Source: Lingula anatina (Eukaryota; Animalia; Brachiopoda). Taken from it: a stretch of DNA of 64,000 nucleotides. This document shows, piece after piece, positions 52,903-64,000 of the stretch. The notes under the pieces are model-generated. The model was given only the letters and a program-made list of their open reading frames with translations. It searched no databases and was not told the DNA's origin. The position numbers and the translations under genes are program-made. The DNA lies in the NCBI GenBank assembly GCA_051362555.1, contig CM120640.1, positions 44,432,788 through 44,496,787 on the forward strand, read 5' to 3'. Positions within the stretch are counted from its first letter, which is position 1. Each line of letters starts with the position of its first letter.

Positions 52903-54232
52903 TAACAGAATTCATAATTGTGGAAACCTATGAAAATATGCACAGTCACAGTTTGTATCTTTATGCTTTTTTTTAAAGGAATAAATAAAATAAATATAAG
53001 CAAAAGTTATTCAACAGACCGCTGAGATGAAATAAATCTCCAACCATCAACATTACGTATTAAGATTGGTCAGGTGCTGGTATCTTCCCGATTGTTTTCT
53101 CTCAAGTTCTGTCTAATTACAGTCTACTGTTCAAAAGTACAACTTCATCATGTTTTACATATATATAGATATATCATTTTGTCCTGCTTGAGATGACAAA
53201 CCCTGTCTATGAAGGCTTCATCCTTATAGCTGAAAAGTTCACCTCACTTCACAAAGATTGCTAGTCTTATATGATATCAAGCAGACCCAACAGCCTTATT
53301 TTTGGCTTTCTTGAATGATTTCCATTAACTTTTATGCTACAGTTGAGTGCAAGAAGTCTTCACAACAAACACCACAGCACACTATATGATTATGATTGCA
53401 GTTTTTCTTCCTGCGCTTGAATATTTTGGCACAGCTTTGTTAATTTATATATTAAAAAAATATTTAAGTACACAGTGGCTTCATAAGTGGAATTCTAGGA
53501 AAATCATCCACTTAAGATATAATGCTCACACTGCTTATTATTTTTTTATAAGACATACAGGCATTTATTCAATATGTATGCAAGATGAAACTTTTTTCAT
53601 ATATATTCAGGCAAAAATGAGGTGATCCATAAAAAAACATTCACCAAGTACAGAATTATTGATTGTCTGACAAAAAATAATCAATGCTTCAAATAAAAAG
53701 AAAAAAAAATCCTGATACACTTCAATGAGTCACAGGTACACTACTACATTCTAGAATAAAAAAAAATGATTGTTTCCAAATGCATGGAAACCTTTTCAAC
53801 TTATAATTATTCCCTATAGAGAAAGTGCCATCTCTGTGACCTTTCCTTCCATACAATGAGAAGAATTTTCTTTGAAGTTCCTCAACAGAGAATCCCTACA
53901 CCTTTTGACTGAATCTATAATAAAGTAACTTTCAGACATCGATGAAACCTTTTAAGTTTGGTGCATTAATCCCATTATGTGATGAAGTCTTTGAGTATAA
54001 CGTCTAAAGCTGCTGTCTGTATTTGCCCAACTTAACATACATCTTTCCAAAAGTACCTTAAGTTTTTATATTCAAGAGTAAATTACAATTTGATTCCATT
54101 TAATAATTTAATACAAAGACAAACAACACTGAAAAGATACTGCATGGTTGAAAATAGTACCAGTGACTAAGAAACCTTCGATGTTTGACATGGGCTACTG
54201 GGAAATTTACACACAGAACCATTCTTAATCAA

Positions 54233-54310
54233 TGTGTATATGTGTATGTGTATGCATGTGTGTGCATGTGTATGTGCATATCTACGTGTGTGTGTGTGTG
54301 TGCATGTGCG
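54233..54310. repeat. Degenerate (GT)n-type alternating purine-pyrimidine tract
   Basis: Read directly. Confidence 0.8.
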
Positions 54311-57300
54311 CCTGCCTGCATGTGTAAATAACTGAGAAAATTAACTGGCTGTTCATCAGTCCACTACAATGTACCAAATTTTAGTAGTCATGAAGTTCAC
54401 TTTGTAACATGGTGAAAATGGCAAACGACAATCCTCAAAGTCCTGATTTCAACACATATAGCCAAACATAATCTTTAATTCTCACAGACAGAAAGAATAA
54501 TCAAATACGAACAATTTAAAAGGCAGTTGCTTTCAAGCAGTCTCAGGAAAAGGATTCAGATAAACACTCTGTGGAACATCAAGAGTTTTGCAATACTACA
54601 TTCACCTCTAATCATGAAATATTCTAGGGAGTCAAATAACACCGAAACAATAAAGAACCAGAAAATCAATTTTAAATGTAAACATTTTATGTGATATTTT
54701 TAAAAAGACTAAAACAGCTTAAAGCAGTGACTCCAGCATCAATAATTACATCAATAAATCTTAGATGAGCTAGGTCCCTACACCTTCAATCATTCCATGC
54801 AGACACGCAATATCCTGAGTTCAACTTGTGCATTATGCATTAATTGTTTTGGATTAATGTAAATAATTGCTGTTACCCGACTAATGGGAGCAAATAATGG
54901 AACTGGGTACAAATTGATTGCACAGTTGACCATAGCAGTTTGTGTTCATCAATTAAATAGCGCATGATCAAGTTGCATACATAAGTAAGTTCCTAATTGC
55001 TTCGGACAGACACGGTGGAACTATACACTTTAAAACTCAATAACTACTGCTGACACGCTGACTGCTGGGGATGCATGGGAACAGAAAATGTCAAAGAATA
55101 TTACACTGAATGGATTTGATACACATATGTATATCTGTGTGATATTCTACTTTACACTGATGTGAATATGGTGACTCAATCAGAAATGGGAATGGAGAAT
55201 GCTAAAAAAAAAAAGAGAGAGAAATCATCTCTGGCTTCTCAAAAACTCCTCCCATTTTTGAACATTTCACACAAAATACTGCTTTAACCCTCTTTCATGC
55301 ATAAAATAAATTCATTAAAACTTTTATCCTCGAGATGAGTTAGCAGTAACTGACAAATGAGCTGTGATAGTACAAATACAGTGATTTTATCAAGATTATA
55401 CTGTTATATGTTCATAATCATACCAAAACCATGTAACCATACATTTTGCCAGTTTCACAGTCATACAAGTCATTCCAGTTTGTCTTAATATGAAAAAAGG
55501 AAGATGTCCATTTTGACAACACTAAGCTTGGCTCACAAAAACTCGATGCAGATTGATTATGTTATATATAAGACCAAATCAAGAGTATATTAACAGCGCT
55601 CAAGTTAACACACCCAAAATATGTCATTCAAGTGACCAATCATGTATGATTAGTCCAAGCTTTTTTTGACATGAAACAAACTTTCAAACAATGTACAGGT
55701 GGGATGAAAAACATTGATTGCGTCATCTAAAAACAACAATGACTTGACTGCAACAACTGAATTCAACAGCACAGGAAGATGTGGCAACTATATAGACATT
55801 TAAGTCACGCAGCAAATGAAACTAACAATTAACATTTTAACAATTTATAATCCCATGTCTATACTTATTGCATTATATGCATGAATGCTTAAGAAATACA
55901 CTTATCCACCTTCTTAATCAAACCCTACAAACATATTTATTCAAAAAAATTAACATATACATACTTCCCATTGGCACCCGGCCATTCTTTCTGTCTACAA
56001 CACATATACTGAGTAGGACCTACCCTTTGTCAATATGTAATTGCCTTCAACCTTCAAGTCCTCAGACTTAGATTTTTTCATATTTTTTTATCCTTTGGAA
56101 TTTTTTTCCTTCTTGGAGAGAAGACTTTTTTTCCTTTCAAATGAAATTTTCTTTCATCTTGAGAGTTTAATTTTTCTTTAACAAATCTGTCAACTCTCTC
56201 TCTCCAAACCCAGGCCTTATGTTATAATTTGAATACTTAGACTGAGACTTTTTTTCCTATCAATGTGGTGAGATGGGCAACCAATAGGAGCTGTCAAATT
56301 GACACCTACTCTCTTGTGACCTTGACCATTACTATCACAAATAGGAATGCTAGGAGAGGGCTAGTGAGTACAAGTCAAGCCAGTCCCTTCAAAAATGTCA
56401 AGGACAAATTAGCTAATTACCGCCTTCTTATTGGTTATAGCTATCTATATTGTTCTGAAAGGAAAGGACAAAGAGTTATGTTTTTAATGACCACTTACAA
56501 AAAATTGGCACATTTAGTATGTTTAGTGGTCCTCAATATTTGTTATTTTTTTAATTTTTAAATCAAAATCTATTAAAATAAATTACACTCGCAATTATTG
56601 AAATAGTTTAGAACTATATTGAGGATACTTTATAGAGTATTTGAGATTGCAATCGCCAAATTAAAGACATGAACAATTTGACCAGCTTCCATCCAAGACT
56701 CTCACTGTTTTAAAACCTCTCTTGTGTAATGGCCAGATTATAAAGCTATCAATCTCTCAAAGTGAACCTGTACAGACTGGATAACTATATTGCTTGGTGT
56801 GAAAAAGGCAGCAAGTATTCTTATACTGTGCCAACCCACCAACTGCCTGGTGACAGTAAGTGTTGGCCTGCAAACAAAGGTCAGGTGAAACACTGATATC
56901 ACTGAAATTCAGGAGAATTAAACTGGGGGTGACAAAAATCATAATATGATTTATGTTGAACAGATCCATTGCCAAACTAAGTTCTGACATTTCAATATTT
57001 CAGTTGTGATATTGCAATCAAAAAAATATTCCATTAATGCCAGACATAGAGGAATTTGTCAAATGATAATGTGATAACCATTAGTATAATGTGAATCATT
57101 AACTGCAGTTATTTAGTTTTCTCAATGCATATATGCTGCTTGATAATGGAATATTTTGTGGGTGATATATGTATAAATTATCTTTATTTGGAATGGAATA
57201 ATGTGCCACTATTTTTAATATAAAATGTGGTCAACTCAGATTTAAAGTGACACACAATTACAAAAATGGAGTAGGACATGCTGGCAATATTATTTTATAA

Positions 57301-57879
57301 CCAGGTATATAAGAAATACACACACATTTTTATGTTGTTTTTTTTTGTGGATGATGCATGATATGTACTTAAGGTTGTAATTAACAGGGGTAGCTATCTT
57401 CTAAACCGACCAAGATATACCAACATGTTACATATCAATAGAAAGCTTATTTCAACTGCTTTTCGTTTCAAATCCTTATTTTATTATGTAACTGTTACGT
57501 AATGAATGTGTTTTCTGCATGCAAGGAATTCCTGTAGTGATCTTTCAAACATATTTTTTGCAATTTCTCAACACTTACTCATTATAATTAGAAAATTCAG
57601 TTTGGTTCCAAATATATATTGGGCATTTGTAAGATAACCTATTGTACTTTCACTTTCTAAATCTTTAGAGACACTTTGTTAGATAATTGGACAAGTACAA
57701 TTGTTCATAAATCATTGAATAGTATATCAATATCTAATGAAAAACAAATAAATATTTGCCACCAACCAGTAACCAAATATGTACATGTTATTAAAAGTTT
57801 TCTGTTCGTTTCAGGAAGTCAAGTCTTCAAGTTTGAATTGGTACCTATGAACTGTGCTAAATAATTGCAGTAACTATTA

Positions 57880-58010
57880 TTCATATATAATTCTTGACAA
57901 TACTTGGTTTTTGTTTTTTTCCTCATGATGAAATTAAGCTCAAAATCTTCATATATTATTCTTGACAATACTTGGTTTTTGTTTTTTTCCTCATGATGAA
58001 ATTAAGCTCA
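57880..58010. repeat. Tandem duplication, 68-bp period, about two copies
   Basis: TTCATATAT(A/T)ATTCTTGACAATACTTGGTTTTTGTTTTTTTCCTCATGATGAAATTAAGCTCA starts at 57880 and again at 57948. Confidence 0.9.
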
Positions 58011-61000
58011 GAGGCAATCTTAATGGAACATTTGATTGAAGCAATTTGCCACAACAAATACAATGTTCTGATTATTAAAATATAACCTGATGATGTTCTA
58101 TTCATATTATAATCCTGGTTTATCTGTCAAAGTAAGTTCACACCATCTGACATCATTTTACTGTCTATGCTAGCAGGAATCTCAAGCAATATTCAAAGCA
58201 AATTTGTCATGATCTCTTTAGTATGCAATATCCTCATATAAGCCTGTCAGCTCCTATAAAAGGTGTTCTATGAAAATTATGGAGATAACCAGTTCCGCGA
58301 ACATAACTACCTCTTTGTATGCATAAGGTTTTTCATTGCTTTTTTCTCCTGCTATACTATATCATTCCAACAACAGGAATTAAGTAATATGGTGCAGGAT
58401 GCAGAAACTGTGTGGTGCCAAACATCGCAAACATCACAAGCAAGATACAGTAATGACCTTCACCAAGTTTTTATGATAGAGTAAAAACCTATAAAACATT
58501 ATTTAGACAACATACTTCAAACAATGATATTATTATACATCTTAATCATTTTAAATGTAAGACATGAATGATTTAATTTATTATCAAAACAAACACAGCA
58601 CTCTGAAAATCATTACAAGTGCTTCAATACTGTGCGGTAAGCCATTCCTGGACAAAAAGCCTTGTCAGGTATTTTTGTGACCAATTCTTAAAAACATTTG
58701 GGAGATATTGAGTGAGCAACCCCCTTTCATCTTATATTTTGCATGTCAAGCACCAATTTAGTGAAGTTGCAAAATCAATAGCCAGCTTATTAAGAAGTTG
58801 TAGTTGTTACCGAATCAATAAGAGGCAGCATGTAGCTTGTTGTATTTCAAATTAGTGATCACATTATTACCTTAACTTGCAAAACACTGGAGTGGTAACA
58901 AAAGTGTAATGAATTTCTGAGAAACTGCTTGTGTTTTTTTTTTCCTCTTTTTCTTTTTTAGTATCATTTATCATTATATAAATATAAACAGATATAAAGT
59001 ACAACCAATTTATCCATAACAGTAAACTTTTAAAAAGAGAGTGAGGGAGTGAGAGCCCTGGTCTCCAATTTGAAGAAAAATGACCTGATCATAATTGTAC
59101 ATACATACATTTTTACATAGTAACAAAATATGTAATCAACACCCATGTATAATAATGCAAGAAGACTTACTATGGTGAAGTTAATGATCTGAAATAACAG
59201 CACATTCAGAAATAAGTCAACATGGTTTTGAAACACTTCCTTTCTATTCATGGACACAAGTATAAATGGATGAGAAGCAAGTCACAGTCATGATGCAATT
59301 ATTGCATATTTTTAGGTTAAATCTTTTTCAGAGTCTCCTTTATCTACCTACCAAGTGCTTAAATGCACAACACAAACATAACACTTTGGAAGATCCATTA
59401 AATTTTCATAAGCACACAGATGTGAAAATAAAACCCCGAGTTATCAATCTCACTCCTTTCAAAATGTATGGCTAATCAATACATAACTTTTTATTGTCAT
59501 GGCAATGCTCAATTAGCAGCACATTAATCTCATTTCTCAAATAATCTAAACAAAGTAGATATAGGCTTGCCAAGCTGAGAAAACCAGCAAGGTCAACAAA
59601 AGTATCTCAGTGTCTCATTATTCCATAAGAAACATGGATCAAAGTCAAATATAGTTGACCTTCAAAAGTTGGCTGTAGTTGTCAACCACTGCTTTTAGAA
59701 ATCACTGTCAAGAAAACTTATTCTGACCTCACCCTTTAGACCAATATTTCTTTAGCCACCAACCTTTTTTTTTTGTTGTTGTTGTTGTTGTTCTGTTACC
59801 AATTTTTCTCATCTAGCATGCATGGTCCTTTTCACATTGCTTAATTGGACAATGGTCCATTCCAATAGACCCTAATATAACATGTAATTATCAGTTAACT
59901 TAATTAATTGGTATTTATATAATAATCAGTCTCTTAAGTTGTCAATCTCTCAAAGTGCACCATTCCAGGTAAGTGTACTGCTTAATGTGAAAATAGCATT
60001 ATAGTTACCAGTACCTGGTGCCGACCTTATTAATTACCATTCAATGGACTTATAAAAGTATTTCTGCTTACATGTGGTTAAGCCATTATTTTCGTTTAAA
60101 AGAAAAAAAGAAAACTAATTTTTTTTTAACACTGGGATTAATACTTTAAATAAAATTTATGTATAAGAGTGAAAAATACATTATTCCTAATACTTGTGTG
60201 GAAAATTATTTTTATGTGGTTAAGCAGAAATGAATAAAACAGTAGATATAGGTATTACTAGGTATTGTTAATACTGTACATGTACACTGTCCACTACTTG
60301 CATACAGTATAGACATGCATGTACCAGGAAATCGTTCTGTTTTACTATGAAAAGGGTAAGATAACGTTACCACCACTTTAAAGTCAACATTGCTTTAATT
60401 TCGAGCAGAAAAAACACTTGCAAGAGCATCACTGTCTACTTGATCCTTTTGAGTGTTAACTAAATAATAAAACATGAATCTTTCCTGGAATATTATAACA
60501 CCATAACCTAGTGAGATGAAATAAGGTACGTGTACATATACCGGTACATTGACAACAAAAAAGGGGCTGAAAAAATTTTTTCAACGACTGCACAATGCCA
60601 ACTACACTGTATATATGTATGACATACTCCCTTAATTTAAACAGCGGTGCCTCCTTTAAGCAATCATGGAACTGTGCAGGTCATTTGAATTTGTTCAGAC
60701 CTTTAGACATGTTAAGAGACTCAAAAGATCTCACCACATTATATACCCATGCATTCCCAGTTGCCTAACAATCACCAAAGGTTGCCCAAACAACTTTCAT
60801 CAGTCACACATAAGGCAAAAATTACAGGAGGCACACCCAAATTTGCTGGAGCAATGACACAGAAATCAATGTTTACCTCGGTTTGGTGACGGTTTTTGCA
60901 TCGTCATATTTTTGGCTGACATATAAGGAGGCACAAATACCACAGCGCTGTGTAAACAGGAGATAACTTAAGATACTTGCCAAATTGCAAGTAGAAGTCG

Positions 61001-61680
61001 GAATAGTGTGTGACTGTGGCTCTTTGCTGGGCTGGTGATTGTTTGATGATTACAATTACTGCTGGCTTGCAATATTAAATCAAATGCTTCAAAATGTGCT
61101 CTTTGTCTGCAAGTGTGGTTCAATGTATGCTGTCAGACACCATATCTATAACAGTATTAACTAGAAAGCTGCATACATCTACTATCAACTTCTTCTTTTA
61201 CTGATTAAATACAAACTGGCATACCAGCGACCCAGTAAGGTAATTAAGGTACCATATTTTCAACTACAAAACTGCATGCAGAATATGATATCAGACATTT
61301 TTTATCAGCAACACATCAGTTTCATCCAACAATCCAATCCGTCACCGCAATTCTAATAAAAAGCAATCTCTGCCTGATCCAAATTTTCACAGAAAAGGAA
61401 AATTGATGACTGGTCTTATTATATCCATAACTCGGAACACATCTTCGTTCATAAGTGAAATACTGTCTGGATCACTTACACTATGAATCTTAGCATGCCT
61501 TCTATATGTACAGCCACAGAATCTACCTTTAAGTATATATGGACATCATCATATTTATATTTTTAAAGTTTGACCTCAATTCTTCACGAATTACATATCA
61601 AAATGCATTATACATTTTAAAGTCTAACTAAAGTCTAACTTTTTTCTGTCTCCGAGGTAAAATTTTATAAGTAGCAGTTA

Positions 61681-61916
61681 GACAGCATTCAAAACCAGTT
61701 GATCTGTGGACTACCCAGTCAGCAGATCAAATATGACATGCACCTGAAAGCAAGCCACGTAATTCCCTAACAATAATGCAATGGATTCCCCTCCACATGC
61801 ACAGTCTCAGCAGGGACCAAGCAATTAAATCTCAGCACATGCTTTCAAGTGGGTTGGGCCATATTTGATCTGCAGACTTCCTATAGTCCGCAGATCAACT
61901 GGTTATGAATGCTCTC
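61681..61916. mobile_element. Palindromic MITE with TTA TSD (PIF/Harbinger, Tourist-like)
   Basis: TTA|GACAGCATTCAAAACCAGTTGATCTGTGGACTA ... TAGTCCGCAGATCAACTGGTTATGAATGCTCTC|TTA; inner pair GCAGATCAAATATG / CATATTTGATCTGC. Confidence 0.8.
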
Positions 61917-63926
61917 TTAGTCTGTACTACAAATACAGTATTTATATCATATAGACTTTGCATGATAAATCTAAATAATAACCAAAATGGTGGCTGCCAT
62001 ACAGTTAGTCTTTGTAAGTATTTATGCAGTTAGTAGTAACAGTATTAACTCAGGAATTTCTGAGCAATGAGGTGATCAATAAACTGACCCATGTACCCAT
62101 GAATGACCACTGATGAATATAAGCAAAAGTACCTTATGTTTTCAACTTGAATGTTGCCAAAAGAGCTTCAAATGTGATACAAACTGGCACAAACTAGCAA
62201 TGATATGTGGTTTATATAAACATGTATATCTTAAAACTGAAGAAGAAAAATAATAAAGATCTATGAGATCCAGATTACAGTGATTCATTAAGCAAGTTAC
62301 GTTTTCATTGGGTGTAATGAAGTCAACTTAACATAAATAATGCTGTTCAGTTTTGAGGACTGTCCTATCACATCTGCCTTAGACCGGTTTAATTTACATC
62401 ATTTTGACTATGATTCCATCAAGTCTACTAACATTTTGCTTTATTTTTTTAAAACTAAAATGGCCCAATACAAGGTTGGTCTTAAATTGGAACATGGAAG
62501 GGTCACTCCATCAATGATTCCCAGTAACAAAATTATATTTTGTCCCTTTTTATTGTGCAACATTAATGACTTCACGTCCAGAACAAATCTCCACTGTAAT
62601 ATCCATGGAAAATTACTGATTGCCTGCTGATTATAAACCAATCATAGCATGCAGCAAGCATGGCAGAGAGGGGTTGATTTAATCACAAAACCACAGCGAA
62701 GACCAGAAAATCCATTTGCCTGGGTTCCCTTATCCTGGAAGAGATTCAGCCTAAAATCCAGTTTTAAAAGATTTAAATGCACTGCATGTAACTCCCCAAA
62801 CATATTCCTTCCTGGTATCAATGGTAAAAGCATTCAGCCCTTCAATGTGTATACTAATTTGTACAGTTGTTTTAATTACTGTGACTGTAGTGCCCTCAAT
62901 GCACAGTAGCTGCTGTGAATAGAGAGATACAATCACCCAAAAGACGGCAAAGCTTAGAGAACGACCAGTAATTAAAGTCTGCAAGCTTACTTCTCTCTAT
63001 CAGCAGTCCCAAGGCTATGGAGTGCCAATTAATCGATACAAACCTGCGTAGAGAAAGAACCAGCCAAGAACTGGGCATTCTGTGCTGGTCTCACTCAGGC
63101 TTATTTTTCTACTTGACCACAGATCTTAATAGATGCACACAATGCACATTAGACCAATGAAGTAGCAAGGAAGTTAATTTTCTTGGAAGTTTCAAAGTTT
63201 TTCCCTTATCCTATCTAAAATTGTTGGGAAAATCATGATCACCTTTGCCTAAATTTACATTTTTACTCTAGTGAATGAATTTCACCAGACTCAAGAGTGA
63301 CTCTGAGTGACTCTAAGGGGTACTTTTTTGGTGAGTTAATTTTGTTCACTCAAAAGTAGTCGGGATAAAATCACGGGGAGTTCTTTCCTAATTATACGTG
63401 ATTTATTGACCTCGGTTTCACTCTACAAGTACTATTTACTGACTGGCTGAGGATGAAGGAATCCCATATGATGTAGTTCAAAGTCTTTTTTTTTTTTGTT
63501 GTTGTTGTTGTCTTGACATCCTTATGTTGATGAAGCCATATGTACTATATGGGAAATATGGAAATTAAGGAAGTGGGGAAAAAATGGCAGCACCATTTTG
63601 GTGCTCATTTTTATTAAATAATTATTTATTTTGTTTATTTATTTTTTATTTACTTTTTACTGACCTGATGCTATGTTTCTTCATTGTCCATGTACAGTAC
63701 TTTTAACTAAGACTTCTGTTTAGAAAAATGACATTGTTGAACTTGACATACCTTGATAGTGCACAGTCTGGCAAAAAAGAGATAACAAAGTGAGGAAGAG
63801 AAACAATCGATTGGAAGTTTAGCAAAAAGAGAAAAGAAGGTCGGTTTTACAATTCAGAAGAGGGAAAAATGTTTTGAGTATCAGGAGTATGATAGTGATG
63901 ATGAACAGAATTTTCTAGCTTGTCAG

Positions 63927-64000
63927 CCCAGACAGCCTCAGTGATCTGGCCCACGTCTGGCCCAGATCTGGCAACGTCTGGCAATGTCTGGCAAAAGGTA
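63927..64000 (+). mobile_element. Left end of a probable EnSpm/CACTA-like non-autonomous element, cut by the window edge
   Basis: CCCAGACAGC terminus followed by 10-11 bp subterminal repeats TCTGGCCCACG / TCTGGCCCAGA / TCTGGCAACG / TCTGGCAATG / TCTGGCAAAA. Confidence 0.45.

Noticed and set aside
1-64000. Prokaryotic systems, CRISPR arrays, tRNA or rRNA genes
   Set aside because: The DNA is spliced eukaryotic sequence; no repeat-spacer array, cloverleaf or rRNA-like segment was seen.

Overview
AT-rich eukaryotic DNA from an intron-rich invertebrate animal (the repeats look mollusc-like, but the taxon cannot be fixed from sequence alone). The ORF track is mostly noise, so genes were rebuilt by hand from splice sites and reading phase. 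Four spliced genes: (1) RCL1 on the minus strand (ATG 8595, 7 exons visible, 3' exons lie left of the window), with a minor-spliceosome (U12-type) GT-AG intron; (2) ERCC8/CSA on the plus strand (8974-11348, 5 exons, 427 aa), head-to-head with RCL1 across 378 bp; (3) CCDC169 on the plus strand (12339-13883, 3 exons, 268 aa) in a CpG-rich block; (4) a SCYL2-family pseudokinase of the invertebrate 'bma' type on the minus strand (43188-15929, about 22 exons, about 860 aa), with a GC-AG intron, candidate alternative exons and two uORFs. 43.3-64 kb has no recognisable coding exon and is probably 5'UTR intron or upstream DNA of gene 4. Many non-autonomous DNA transposons are present (hAT5-like, PIF/Harbinger-like, Kolobok-like, Helentron-like), plus a Penelope GIY-YIG relic and microsatellites. 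I found no convincing novel multi-gene system; the most notable signals concern splicing and translational control.
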